A DNA stretch of 64,000 nucleotides from a virus: the IMG/VR virus record IMGVR_UViG_3300045135_001635. One strand, 5' to 3'. Below are positions 20,498-29,506 of the stretch, in pieces; position 1 is the stretch's first letter; every line of letters begins with the position of its first letter. The position numbers were made by a program, and so were the translations under genes. Below the pieces are notes generated by a model, which saw only the letters and a program-made list of their open reading frames with translations, was not told where the DNA came from and made no database searches.

Positions 20498-20647
20498 ATG
20501 AATTACTATCAAGTTAACTTTCAACTTCTGAATAACTTTAATTATTCGTTAGATGAAGTTGAAACAATGATCCCTTGGGAGAGGGAAATATATCTAACTA
20601 TGTTAATAGATGATATAAAAGAAAAGAACGAACGCGCCAAACAATAA
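20498..20647 (+). CDS. gp51: baseplate hub assembly protein gp51 (possibly reached by -1 frameshift from gp26)
   Basis: Below ORF-track cutoff. Manual translation MNYYQVNFQLLNNFNYSLDEVETMIPWEREIYLTMLIDDIKEKNERAKQ; the frame stays open upstream into the gp26 3' end. Confidence 0.85.
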   Translation: MNYYQVNFQLLNNFNYSLDEVETMIPWEREIYLTMLIDDIKEKNERAKQ

Positions 20648-20659
20648 AGGTAACGACTA

Positions 20660-22279
20660 ATGTCATTAGCAGCTATAGCAAAAATCTTAGAAGAAAGTAA
20701 CGAGGATTTGATCAGCGTCTTTAACGTTGTTGATGACATTGATAAAAAACTTACATCATATATGATTAAAAAGGAACAAGGGGTTCTTGATAAGAAGAAC
20801 TTCGAGTTTCAACAAGCGCATCTAAATGTATCCACTCAAATATTACGAGTACTTAGAGACCCCCAAAAGCCAACAGGCGACGACTTAGAACGTGATAGAG
20901 AAGAGAAAGACTTCAACAAACGCTTATTGAAAGCCGTTGAAGCTATTGGAGGAGGTTCAAAGAAATCTGTAACTAAGAACTATAAAGGAAGTTCTTTTGG
21001 TGGCGCTGTTGGTGGAGCGTTGGCTGGCGGTATCGCACTTGGCGGTAAAGGTATTGGAGCTGCGGTCGCGTTAGGTTCGTTAGGATTGGGATTAGGTGGG
21101 TTCTTCGCGGGATTAGCAGCAGGTGATAAATTAGCTTCAATGGCTAACACCGATTTTGGTTCTGTTAAAAAAGGAATGAAGTCATTAGGTGAAGCAATCG
21201 CTGAAACGCCAAATAAAGGATTAATTGGAATTGGCGCACTTATGGCGGTTGGCGCTAAGTTTGGTTCTCTAAAAGGCGCTGCTGGAATGTCAGCACTTGG
21301 TTTAGGTATTGGCGGATTCTTTTCAGGTCTTGCTGTTGCTGATAAAGCTGGTGATATGATGAATATTGACGGCAGTGGCTTAAAAGAACAAATGAAAAAC
21401 TTCGCCGAAGGTATATCGGCGTTTGATGATAGAAGTTTAATTGCCTTGGCTGGAGTTATGGCGTTAGGCGGTATTATGGGGACAAGCGCTGTATCAGCTG
21501 CCGCAGGAATGACTGCGGTAGGAGCTGGTATAGGTGGGTTCTTTACAGCGCTTGCGGGTATAGGTGATCTCGGAGCCGAATTCGGTATTGACGGAACTGG
21601 TATTAGAGACATGATGGTTAATATCGCTGGTGGTTTGGATAAACTTGCTCAGTTGAACTATGGAAATCTTCTTGGACTTATTCCAGCAGTATTGGGTCTT
21701 GGACCAGCAATGCTCGTTCTACTTGGAAGTAAAGGTTTGAGTAGTATTGGTGATGCGATTACAGGCTTCTTTGGTGTAGGTGATAGTGAAGACGATATCT
21801 TTAGTAAAGTCGCCAAAGGTCTACAAAAGCTTGAAGTATTAGACGTTAATAAACTCAGCGGTCTAACTGCTGTTGCTAATTCTGTAAGAAACTTAGGTGA
21901 TGGTCTATCTACGTTAGAAGATATAGACTTTGGTGATGTGCGTGACCAATTAGAAGAGTTAGCAGAAACATTAACTTGGGCAAGTCCTATGTTAAGTGCT
22001 ATTGATACTTCTGGTATGGATAATACATCATCATTCTTCGACACTGTTAGACAAAATGAAGCATTACAACAAAAAACTATGACTATGAGAGCTAACCAAG
22101 GTGCGACGTTATCTGAAGGAACGAAGCAAATGGAAGAGAATAGAAATAGAACTGCCCCGATCGTAGTTAGCGCACCGACTCAAAATACAAATAACGTAAG
22201 TAATTCGTCAACAGCTGTTATGGGTAATGGCGGTATGTCGATGACTGACGCGTTTGATCCGGGAACACGTAACTGGTAG
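20660..22279 (+). CDS. tape measure-like protein (gp29 position)
   Basis: 539 aa; Gly/Ala-rich hydrophobic repeats (G.GIGGFF.GLA..D x3); C-terminal PIVVSAPTQN.NN motif; follows gp26/gp51. Confidence 0.65.
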   Translation: MSLAAIAKILEESNEDLISVFNVVDDIDKKLTSYMIKKEQGVLDKKNFEFQQAHLNVSTQILRVLRDPQKPTGDDLERDREEKDFNKRLLKAVEAIGGGSKKSVTKNYKGSSFGGAVGGALAGGIALGGKGIGAAVALGSLGLGLGGFFAGLAAGDKLASMANTDFGSVKKGMKSLGEAIAETPNKGLIGIGALMAVGAKFGSLKGAAGMSALGLGIGGFFSGLAVADKAGDMMNIDGSGLKEQMKNFAEGISAFDDRSLIALAGVMALGGIMGTSAVSAAAGMTAVGAGIGGFFTALAGIGDLGAEFGIDGTGIRDMMVNIAGGLDKLAQLNYGNLLGLIPAVLGLGPAMLVLLGSKGLSSIGDAITGFFGVGDSEDDIFSKVAKGLQKLEVLDVNKLSGLTAVANSVRNLGDGLSTLEDIDFGDVRDQLEELAETLTWASPMLSAIDTSGMDNTSSFFDTVRQNEALQQKTMTMRANQGATLSEGTKQMEENRNRTAPIVVSAPTQNTNNVSNSSTAVMGNGGMSMTDAFDPGTRNW

Positions 22280-22281
22280 GT

Positions 22282-22306
22282 AAAAAAAGGGATCCCGAAG
22301 GATCCC
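22282..22306 (-). terminator. intrinsic terminator, UUCG tetraloop, downstream of gp32 between convergent genes
   Basis: Minus strand GGGATCC-TTCG-GGATCCC-TTTTTTT. Confidence 0.9.
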
Positions 22307-22330
22307 TAATGACGTCATGGGTGTCAGAAA

Positions 22331-23275
22331 TTAATCTTCTTGAGCCATTTGGGCGAAGTACGATAAAGTATCATCTTCATCAGCAACAGGAGCCACAGCT
22401 GCAGCTGGCGCTGATACGATAGTTGGTTCACTTGCTTCTTTGATAGGAGCAGTTTCAGCACTTTGAGCTAAACCTTCATTCTTCAACGTAGCACCCGCAC
22501 CAGTCGCTAAACCGAGTACAGTTTCTAAACGAGCTTTCAACTCATCATAAGTCTTGAAGTATTTTGGATCATGCGCTCCAGGAAAGTTAGGAGTAATGAA
22601 TTCATTCAAGTCATAGATAGAATTATATGTCGCTTCTAACTTAGTCTCATCAGCATCGAATAAGGCACTTGGTGCTTTAAAGCCAGACTTGTCGTAGTTA
22701 CGATATCCCTCAACTTTACGGATCTTCAATTCGAAGTCAGCACCTTTCCAGAAATCGAAAGGATTTACTGGTTCTTCACCTGGGAATTCAGGTTGCATTT
22801 GATCCATGATTTTATCAAAGATTTTCTTACCGAACTCATAAAGCATTACCTTACCATTGTTAGCAGGGTTGCCAGGGTCGTTTACAACTAAGATATTAGT
22901 AACATAGTGTAAGCGACGTTTTTGTGTACGAGCTTTTTCTTTATCAGCTTCAACACCAGAGTTCCATAGACGTGAGTTCATTTCACCTAACGGATCAGCT
23001 TGACCGATAGTTGTAAGAGAACGTTCGATATACCATTGACCAGTTGGTCCTTTAAAAGCATGATCCCAGTAGCGTACCCAAGGCAGGTCTTGACCTTCAC
23101 CCGCAGGTAAGAAACGGATTACCGCATAACCATTACCGTTATCGTCAACAGTTGGTTTCCATTTGCGATCATCTTGGTATTTGTTAGTAGATTTAGTTTG
23201 ACCAGCTGCTTCGGTAGCAGCAGAAACTAATGATGAGATGTCCATAGATTTGGACTTTAAATTAGCAAAAGACAT
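22331..23275 (-). CDS. gp32: single-stranded DNA-binding protein gp32
   Basis: DDR.WKP..D..GNGYAVIRFLPA, GKKIFDKI, PFDFW.GA.F.LK, acidic tail DDTLSYF..MA. Confidence 0.97.
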   Translation of the reverse strand: MSFANLKSKSMDISSLVSAATEAAGQTKSTNKYQDDRKWKPTVDDNGNGYAVIRFLPAGEGQDLPWVRYWDHAFKGPTGQWYIERSLTTIGQADPLGEMNSRLWNSGVEADKEKARTQKRRLHYVTNILVVNDPGNPANNGKVMLYEFGKKIFDKIMDQMQPEFPGEEPVNPFDFWKGADFELKIRKVEGYRNYDKSGFKAPSALFDADETKLEATYNSIYDLNEFITPNFPGAHDPKYFKTYDELKARLETVLGLATGAGATLKNEGLAQSAETAPIKEASEPTIVSAPAAAVAPVADEDDTLSYFAQMAQED

Positions 23276-23349
23276 ATTCTTTTCCTTCGTATAAACTAAA
23301 ATATTTGTTTTTATTTGTTAAGTATAAATTGCCTATGTGGCATATGTAT

Positions 23350-23604
23350 TTATACGTCTAATGTATTGAGTTTCGGTAAAAAATTTAAAGATCTTGCTTC
23401 AGCTTCCAGCTGACTAACGATAGAAGAATTTAAAAACTTCTTCGTATCTTCTACTTCCATTTTGTTTTCTTCACATAAGTGGACAATTGCGTCCATGTAT
23501 GATATATCGTTCTCGTACACAAATAGTTCGACCATACGAGAGAAAGATTTCCTAGTCAAGAATTCAGCTTTATCTTCATTTTCTTTACGCATCGATAACC
23601 TCAA
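23350..23604 (-). CDS. gp33: late transcription coactivator gp33
   Basis: ISYMDAIVHLCEEN..E.E, LEAEA..LNFLPK; adjacent to gp32. Confidence 0.85.
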   Translation of the reverse strand: MRLSMRKENEDKAEFLTRKSFSRMVELFVYENDISYMDAIVHLCEENKMEVEDTKKFLNSSIVSQLEAEARSLNFLPKLNTLDV

Positions 23605-23848
23605 ACGAATTCACGTTTTCAACTTTAAACGAGCGCCATGCTTGTTTGTCAATAGCATACGCGCGTACCACTGTTTCATTTACTGAATGCTTCTCGACAG
23701 CTACCTTTTCTTCGGTAAAGTCTGGAATAAATTCAGCAGATAAAGTACAGGGCATCACACGTTTTTCGCCATTAACTTTAGTAAACGTGACTTCGACCAC
23801 ATTAGTACGTAATTGATTAATAATATCATTATATGTTAAAGTAGTCAT
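23585..23848 (-). CDS. SH3/Sm-like beta-barrel protein (WYL_2/DUF2693-like)
   Basis: V.FTKVNGEKR.M.CTL ... DKQAWRSF. Confidence 0.75.
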   Translation of the reverse strand: MTTLTYNDIINQLRTNVVEVTFTKVNGEKRVMPCTLSAEFIPDFTEEKVAVEKHSVNETVVRAYAIDKQAWRSFKVENVNSFEVIDA

Positions 23849-23864
23849 AAAGTCAACCTTTTAT

Positions 23865-24170
23865 TTAGAAACGATCAAATTCTTCATCATCGTTAGATGA
23901 TACGTCAGCGTCAGCGTGGACATAATCCAAGAACTCAGTACCGCGATCTAACAAGATGATTGTAGTTTCTAAACCTTTCAAAGCATCTTCCATATTACCG
24001 GAAACTGTCTTATCAACGTCAGCTTTTTGCTGTTCAGTAACATACTGATCTAATGTCTCAAGATAGATAATGCGAATAAACTCGCGAGCGATTAATTCTA
24101 CATCTTCTTGCTTATATTTAGACAAGTCGATTAAGTTTTCTAACTGTTGTTGTTCAGCCATTAGTTCCAT
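23865..24170 (-). CDS. hypothetical protein
   Basis: ORF in co-oriented run. Confidence 0.55.
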   Translation of the reverse strand: MELMAEQQQLENLIDLSKYKQEDVELIAREFIRIIYLETLDQYVTEQQKADVDKTVSGNMEDALKGLETTIILLDRGTEFLDYVHADADVSSNDDEEFDRF

Positions 24171-24382
24171 TCCTCTTTAGTTGTGGCTTCAAATGTATCA
24201 GTAAATTGAGCCGTTAAGTGATTAGTATCGCCATAAGATATTTCAGACTTATAATCCTGTCTATCTATGCGTTCTACATCCATAGCCAGTTTCATGTTAG
24301 ACTTTAATATCTTATTGTTTTTTTGTACCTTTAGAGCAGCTCGACGAATCATCGCGTAACGCAACTCTTTACTGATAGACAT
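24161..24382 (-). CDS. hypothetical protein
   Basis: ORF in co-oriented run. Confidence 0.55.
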   Translation of the reverse strand: MSISKELRYAMIRRAALKVQKNNKILKSNMKLAMDVERIDRQDYKSEISYGDTNHLTAQFTDTFEATTKEEWN

Positions 24383-24419
24383 ATTATACCCCTTTTTGAT
24401 TATAAAGTAAAGCTTTTTT

Positions 24420-24677
24420 TTAAACTATTTCAGACCATTGTTTAAGTTTTTCACGTTTTTGTTCAGCGTACTCTTCAATGTTAGTAAATGAGATTAAATC
24501 ATATTCCTGACAAAGATTAATCATACACTGAAGGTCGCCAATTTCTTTTTCAAAACGAACCAAGTTTTCAGGCTGTTGACCGAAGCGCATTATCTTAGCT
24601 GCTTCTTGGATAACTTCACCACACTCTTCCATTAAGACCGTAAGCAGTTCGGTAGAAGATTCATTATACTTTAGCAT
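24420..24677 (-). CDS. MazG-like nucleotide pyrophosphohydrolase
   Basis: LMEECGEVIQ..AK..RFG and EIGDL motifs. Confidence 0.75.
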   Translation of the reverse strand: MLKYNESSTELLTVLMEECGEVIQEAAKIMRFGQQPENLVRFEKEIGDLQCMINLCQEYDLISFTNIEEYAEQKREKLKQWSEIV

Positions 24678-24831
24678 TCAGCGCTTTCCTTTCAAGTTTA
24701 TATTGACGACGGAGCCAATGTTTGTAACGATTAAAATAAACAGAACTCGATTGTTCAGGTTCAATACGATATGATTCAAGTTCTTCAAGATGTTCATACC
24801 ATTTTTGATTTAGCCAATTTCTAAATGTCAT
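24664..24831 (-). CDS. small hypothetical protein (55 aa)
   Basis: Manual translation MTFRNWLNQKWYEHLEE...YFNRYKHWLRRQYK; fills gap in operon. Confidence 0.6.
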   Translation of the reverse strand: MTFRNWLNQKWYEHLEELESYRIEPEQSSSVYFNRYKHWLRRQYKLERKALNAKV

Positions 24832-24839
24832 AATATCGC

Positions 24840-25022
24840 CTACAGTTTAATAATATTTTTACGCGCTTTAGATTCTTTTATTGTCCAAGTTGAATAACCG
24901 TGTTCTTCTACCGCTTTCTCGGCGAACCTTCTTATCTCACTCCATTCGCCCTCTACAATACCTACAGGAAACGGTTTCCTTTGGGTATGAGTAATATCCA
25001 ATAATATTACATTACACTTCAT
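24840..25022 (-). CDS. hypothetical protein
   Basis: ORF overlapping upstream gene by 4 nt. Confidence 0.5.
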   Translation of the reverse strand: MKCNVILLDITHTQRKPFPVGIVEGEWSEIRRFAEKAVEEHGYSTWTIKESKARKNIIKL

Positions 25023-25462
25023 TTACATTCCTCGTAGACAACGCTCTCAAGGTTATATGCTTCAATTTCCCAAGGCTGATCTTTATAGTTGACGCCGACG
25101 TATTCTTGACCATCAAAGATTTGCTTGGTGGTTAACGCGCCAGGATTATCGTCACGAAATACAAAACCCTTGTTGACTAAACGACCGCTCGCCATCTGTT
25201 GAGCGTGAACTAACTCGTGCGCAATATTAATCATTAGGTCTTTTTTAGGAATACGACCTTCGCCGTCTTGACGTGCTAATTCTACTTCAACGTGTTCGTC
25301 GTCGCCGTTACAATAACCGCCCGCACCGCCTGCGCATTCTTTTACAAATTGTAAATCAAATAAACAATCTTCAAACTCGTCTAAACCTAAGTAATTGTAA
25401 ACGCGTTCAACGTAGCTGATTAACTTCTTATCTACTGTACCTTCAATTATCATATTATACAT
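25019..25462 (-). CDS. putative zinc metallopeptidase
   Basis: AHELVHAQQ (HExxH) and PWEIEAY. Confidence 0.75.
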   Translation of the reverse strand: MYNMIIEGTVDKKLISYVERVYNYLGLDEFEDCLFDLQFVKECAGGAGGYCNGDDEHVEVELARQDGEGRIPKKDLMINIAHELVHAQQMASGRLVNKGFVFRDDNPGALTTKQIFDGQEYVGVNYKDQPWEIEAYNLESVVYEECK

Positions 25463-25583
25463 TTTTAACCACCTCTTTCAATTCTACGTAAAGAGTTTTG
25501 ATCGCCCAACCAACGGCGTAAATTGATAGGAAAGTTCCTACTGTTAATAAAGGTAAATTTTCAGGGGTAAAAAAGTTATTCAT
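25455..25583 (-). CDS. small membrane protein (42 aa), early
   Basis: Manual translation MNNFFTPENLPLLTVGTFLSIYAVGWAIKTL...; directly behind early promoter and GAGAG SD. Confidence 0.55.
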   Translation of the reverse strand: MNNFFTPENLPLLTVGTFLSIYAVGWAIKTLYVELKEVVKNV

Positions 25584-25590
25584 AATTTGT

Positions 25591-25650
25591 TCTCTCTCAA
25601 TTCAATATAAGTATTATACTTGTTTCATAAACAAAAGTAAACACTTTTTT
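25591..25650 (-). promoter_or_regulatory. early sigma70-type promoter repeat, copy A
   Basis: A-tract, GTTTACT (-35), 17-bp spacer, TATAAT, then ACTTATATTGAATTGAGAGAG. Confidence 0.85.
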
Positions 25651-25796
25651 TAACTTTTTTTAGATTTTTTTACAATTTCTTCATAAGTAAGGTAATCATC
25701 AAGATAATCACCCTTCTTACGAGTTTCTTTTTTACGATCAGTCATCACGACAGCCTTATTGAATTTTTTTAGATTTTTGGCTACTGGATTTCTCAT
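25650..25796 (-). CDS. small basic hypothetical protein (48 aa)
   Basis: Manual translation MRNPVAKNLKKFNKAVVMTDRKK... Confidence 0.55.
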   Translation of the reverse strand: MRNPVAKNLKKFNKAVVMTDRKKETRKKGDYLDDYLTYEEIVKKSKKS

Positions 25797-25841
25797 TCAT
25801 TTTTCTCCGCATCATTAAGGCACTGTTACTTGTTCTTCTCA

Positions 25842-26351
25842 TTATGCTGCTGCCTCTACATATTGTAATACGTTTTTGATTGCTGCTTTTTTATCAAACT
25901 CAACGTAATCTTTTGCTGTACACTGATAATCTTTTTCAAAAGAACCTACTTCGATATCAATATAGTGGCTACAATGGAAGTAATCAGTCATTGAGTCGCT
26001 TTCGTCAAAGTAATTTTCACCAAGCATTGCGTCTTTTAACTCAACTAAGAAGTCACGAACAACGCCTTCGTAGTTTTCTTCAATCCAATAAGTGTTAACA
26101 TCAAAGTAAGCGCGACTTAAACAATATTCTAAGTTACTGATATGATCTGGGTTAATAGCAACTTCTTTGATAGCGCGTTCTACAGCGTTTTGATTGTAAG
26201 CGCCAATAAGATCGACTTCACCAGATTTAAGTTTAACAACAAGCGTAGAATGGTGCTTCACAGAGATGCTACCTTTCATTTTGTACTTTTTAAGTACCGC
26301 TTTGATTCCTACTGCTAATTCTTTTTTCTTTTCTTGTGATACAAAAGCCAT
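25842..26351 (-). CDS. conserved early phage protein (start revised to MAFVSQ)
   Basis: IKAVLKKY.MKGSISV.HHSTL and FD.SDSMTDYF motifs; ORF-track upstream extension runs through the promoter. Confidence 0.65.
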   Translation of the reverse strand: MAFVSQEKKKELAVGIKAVLKKYKMKGSISVKHHSTLVVKLKSGEVDLIGAYNQNAVERAIKEVAINPDHISNLEYCLSRAYFDVNTYWIEENYEGVVRDFLVELKDAMLGENYFDESDSMTDYFHCSHYIDIEVGSFEKDYQCTAKDYVEFDKKAAIKNVLQYVEAAA

Positions 26352-26369
26352 AATATATTCTCTCTTTTT

Positions 26370-26420
26370 CAATTCAATATAAGTATTATACTTGTTTTGA
26401 TAACAGAAGTAAACACTTTT
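26370..26420 (-). promoter_or_regulatory. early promoter repeat, copy B
   Basis: Near-identical to copy A. Confidence 0.85.
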
Positions 26421-26422
26421 TT

Positions 26423-26626
26423 TCACTTTTTTTCAAATAAATTTTGATTTTCCAAATATATTTTTTGAGATACAAGATTAAAGTCATACGGGAACTCAAC
26501 TTTGCGTTCAATTTGTTGCCGTAGCTTATCGGCTTCAATATCATTCTCAGCTTTAATCTCTATAGATTGAACGACCGTAGATTTAGATGCCGTCCCTACA
26601 TGAAAGCGTATTACATAATCAATCAT
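26423..26626 (-). CDS. hypothetical protein
   Basis: ORF with AAGGA SD. Confidence 0.5.
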   Translation of the reverse strand: MIDYVIRFHVGTASKSTVVQSIEIKAENDIEADKLRQQIERKVEFPYDFNLVSQKIYLENQNLFEKK

Positions 26627-26635
26627 TTTATTTCC

Positions 26636-26950
26636 TTATCGACGCATGTTCGCGTGTTCTTTTGCTTCACTCTCATCAATAATAGGAACAGCGTTAGACT
26701 TATGCATCGTGCTAATACCTTTCACCAATGTACCAGTATATTTCTTTGACTCAACTTTAGCTGTACAAACTTCACCTACTACACCAACCGACTGAATAGT
26801 AGATGCTTGTAGCGCACCTCTACGTGGCGGTGGCGCTGAGTAGTTAGGAATGGCGCTATCACCACCCACATAAGTTTTCTTCTTAGTACTCCAAGCGTTG
26901 TACTTTTTCTTACGACCGTTTGCGTACGTTCTCATATTACCGTGTATCAT
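26636..26950 (-). CDS. conserved T4-like hypothetical protein
   Basis: YTGTLVKGISTMHKSNAVP motif. Confidence 0.65.
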   Translation of the reverse strand: MIHGNMRTYANGRKKKYNAWSTKKKTYVGGDSAIPNYSAPPPRRGALQASTIQSVGVVGEVCTAKVESKKYTGTLVKGISTMHKSNAVPIIDESEAKEHANMRR

Positions 26951-27507
26951 ACTCTTACCTCGAACCATGAAGGGATAGGACGTTTAGTCCAAGCCATAGT
27001 GAATCTATCTTGTTTTGTTTGATAGAAGTTACGGTATGATTGTACCGCGTTTCCGTCAATAATACAAGCAGGAAATTGCTTCATTGCTAATTTAAATGGT
27101 GTAATGCTTTCGGTGCGCTTGATATTTGTAGGTGTCTTAGCAAGCGCTTCCTCTAACTTAGTTCTTGTAGAGTGAACTTTACCGTAGCGATACTCATACT
27201 CTTCACACAACGCAACAAAGTGACGATAGTGCCACTGATAGTTTTTATCAGATTCCATAGTCCATACAGTAGAGGGGTGACCTGTATGTACAGACTTATA
27301 TAATAACCCGTCAAGGTATGGGTCATCTAACTTCCACATTTTCATCTTTCTTCCGCTACTAGATAACACTATAGTTTGAAACCCGTCGATCATACGATGT
27401 GCGGTAGATAACATTTGAGCGGACTCTACTATCATCTTAACAACGTGTTTATCGCATTGCTGGATAGCTGACTCTACAGGACACTCACTTAATACAAAAA
27501 TATTCAT
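26947..27507 (-). CDS. pyrimidine-dimer DNA glycosylase/DenV-like family protein
   Basis: MNIF.L...P...A...CDKHVVKMI.ESAQMLSTAH, HPST.W, EY..RYGK.H. Confidence 0.75.
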   Translation of the reverse strand: MNIFVLSECPVESAIQQCDKHVVKMIVESAQMLSTAHRMIDGFQTIVLSSSGRKMKMWKLDDPYLDGLLYKSVHTGHPSTVWTMESDKNYQWHYRHFVALCEEYEYRYGKVHSTRTKLEEALAKTPTNIKRTESITPFKLAMKQFPACIIDGNAVQSYRNFYQTKQDRFTMAWTKRPIPSWFEVRV

Positions 27508-27600
27508 AATATAACTCACTCGTTTAGGGTATATTCCCATTTCGCTTACAAGATATATTATATACTATAAAATTAGATTCGTCAACAACTTTTTTACAAT

Positions 27601-27608
27601 TATAAATA
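27601..27608 (+). promoter_or_regulatory. late promoter TATAAATA
   Basis: Exact consensus 5 nt before the ATG at 27614. Confidence 0.7.
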
Positions 27609-27613
27609 AACCC

Positions 27614-27868
27614 ATGAAAAAAGAACTTTTTGATTTTGGCTTTACCGCCGTCGACGAAACAGAACTAGAAGCTGCGCAGCAATTAGAGAATGTTTCATCA
27701 GAAGCGGAACGTAGTCAAGAAAAACTCGACGAACTTTACAATGCTATCCAGCCATTGTTAGCTAACCTCAAGATGAACCCTGAAAAGGAATACATCTTAT
27801 GGCCAGATAGACTTGAAAAGATTGAACAGTTTGAAGAATATATTCTAAAAATCTACAAAGGAAACTAA
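27614..27868 (+). CDS. conserved hypothetical protein
   Basis: FDFGFTAVDE..L, LYNAI.PLL.NL..NPEKEYILWP.R. Confidence 0.7.
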   Translation: MKKELFDFGFTAVDETELEAAQQLENVSSEAERSQEKLDELYNAIQPLLANLKMNPEKEYILWPDRLEKIEQFEEYILKIYKGN

Positions 27869-27869
27869 C

Positions 27870-28727
27870 ATGTTTTTTAACCTATTAAACGAACAAATCT
27901 TACGTGACGTACCAAGTGATAGCGCTGTCCTACAGTACGTTTACGGAGAAGAGAAAGAAGGGATCGCACGAAAGGTCAACGGTCAAATTGAAGCTGACCT
28001 TCAAGCAAATGGCGATTATCTTATGTACAAAAACGCTGAAACGAATGCTGTTGAAGAAGCGTTGAACCGTGCGCCAATGTACTTAAACTTATTAAAGCAC
28101 CGTGGATACAAGAACATCCTTTTCGTTGGTCACTATAACACTGGACAATATCAGTGGATCTTAGAGTCACGTATGGATCGTGTTGTTGACGTAATGCCAT
28201 TAGAGCGTTCTAACGAATCTACTTTAGTAGATCCTAACATCGTTCTACAGTTCTTACCATTAGTATGTAAAGCGTTTGCTTACAAAGGTGAGTTCAGTGT
28301 CGTAAAACCTCGTGAGTCTCGCTTCCGTGGTATTATGCATTCTTTATATCAACAAAATGGTTTAACACCTCATTACGTAGAATCAAGCGTACAATACCGT
28401 CACGGTATGTCTGACGTTCAGTTTGCTACTGATAAGAAGTTTGACGCTGTTGTATTCTTGGGTGTACCTAAACACGAAGGCAACTCATTCACTAAAGCGC
28501 AAGTTGAAAGTGTATTTGGTGGTATGTTAGCTGAAGGTGCTGAGTTCGTAGATTTATACTATGGACCAACAACTGAAGGTAAGTTTGAAGGTTCAGAACA
28601 GAAAGATATTACTGAGCACTTAGACTTTACTTTTGCGGTACGTTCTGCTTGGGATGATTCTGTCCAGAAAGATGACGGTCGTCCAGAAGAATATGAGATT
28701 ATGAAACGAACTGTTTCAGTCTACTAA
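27870..28727 (+). CDS. hypothetical late protein, 285 aa
   Basis: Long ORF with AAGGA SD, followed by a terminator. Confidence 0.7.
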   Translation: MFFNLLNEQILRDVPSDSAVLQYVYGEEKEGIARKVNGQIEADLQANGDYLMYKNAETNAVEEALNRAPMYLNLLKHRGYKNILFVGHYNTGQYQWILESRMDRVVDVMPLERSNESTLVDPNIVLQFLPLVCKAFAYKGEFSVVKPRESRFRGIMHSLYQQNGLTPHYVESSVQYRHGMSDVQFATDKKFDAVVFLGVPKHEGNSFTKAQVESVFGGMLAEGAEFVDLYYGPTTEGKFEGSEQKDITEHLDFTFAVRSAWDDSVQKDDGRPEEYEIMKRTVSVY

Positions 28728-28734
28728 AAACAAG

Positions 28735-28760
28735 AAGGGAGCTTAATCGCTCCCTTTTTT
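28735..28760 (+). terminator. intrinsic terminator
   Basis: AAGGGAGC-TTAATC-GCTCCCTT-TTTTT. Confidence 0.85.
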
Positions 28761-28878
28761 ATAACCACGCCGAAATTAAAATCGCTATACACATCCATAT
28801 GATGACGTTAGGGTAATATGCCCAAGCTGTTTTAAAATCAATTGCCGTCAATTTTATAAAATCAATTACTTTCTTCAT
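28759..28878 (-). CDS. small membrane protein (39 aa)
   Basis: Manual translation MKKVIDFIKLTAIDFKTAWAYYPNVIIWMCIAILISAWL; GAGG SD. Confidence 0.5.
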   Translation of the reverse strand: MKKVIDFIKLTAIDFKTAWAYYPNVIIWMCIAILISAWL

Positions 28879-29506
28879 TTATTTCCTCAACCACTATAGT
28901 TACATTGTCAGGAGCTTTAAACTTCAAGCCATCGTGACTATGATATATGAAAAACTTCACTTGGTCAAATTCTCGAAAGAACTTTCCGAAAATAGGTCGC
29001 CAGTTACTTGACATTCTATGAGTATTGAGTGGACCACGATCGCTTTCTAAAAAGTTATCAGTGTGACTTTTTAGGTTCATATCAAACATAGAATCGAATC
29101 CATACATATGAACTTCAGTAGCCTTCATCGTGCGGCAAGCGTAGTCTACCGCCATATGACCGCAAGAGTAGTTAGTAGCTGCTTGCGCTATAGTATGTCC
29201 AGGGAGCTGCGCGTAGGCTGGTATATGAGTGTGAAAACCTTTAATGTTTTGAGCGTACTTCATATAAAACTGTGGCTGCATCTCCATCCATTTACGTGGA
29301 CGAGTACCAAGCACCCAATCATATTTGTCAAGGTTACTCTTGCCCTCAAATAATGCTTTCATCATCTTGAAGTCTACCATACAAGTGGCATTAACTTCAT
29401 CAGAATCAAAATCAATTGGTGGCATATTACAAACAATCAATTTTCCTTCAGTACCACGTTTGAATAATTTCCAGTGGTCACCATTACCTAATACATTAAC
29501 TCTCAT
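28862..29506 (-). CDS. GT-like Rossmann protein (Maf/DUF115/GT29-like; start revised to MRVNVLGNG)
   Basis: VLGNG, VCN, SCGHMA..YA, VHMYGFDS. Confidence 0.55.
   Translation of the reverse strand: MRVNVLGNGDHWKLFKRGTEGKLIVCNMPPIDFDSDEVNATCMVDFKMMKALFEGKSNLDKYDWVLGTRPRKWMEMQPQFYMKYAQNIKGFHTHIPAYAQLPGHTIAQAATNYSCGHMAVDYACRTMKATEVHMYGFDSMFDMNLKSHTDNFLESDRGPLNTHRMSSNWRPIFGKFFREFDQVKFFIYHSHDGLKFKAPDNVTIVVEEINEESN

Noticed and set aside
20980-22044. Antisense ORFs of 210 and 128 aa
   Set aside because: Shadows of the Gly/Ala-rich tape-measure-like gene.
24382-24420. Additional early promoter copy for the 24161-24382 gene
   Set aside because: TTTACT-17-TATAAT is present, but the -10 abuts the ATG, so the transcript would start inside the ORF; its function is unclear.
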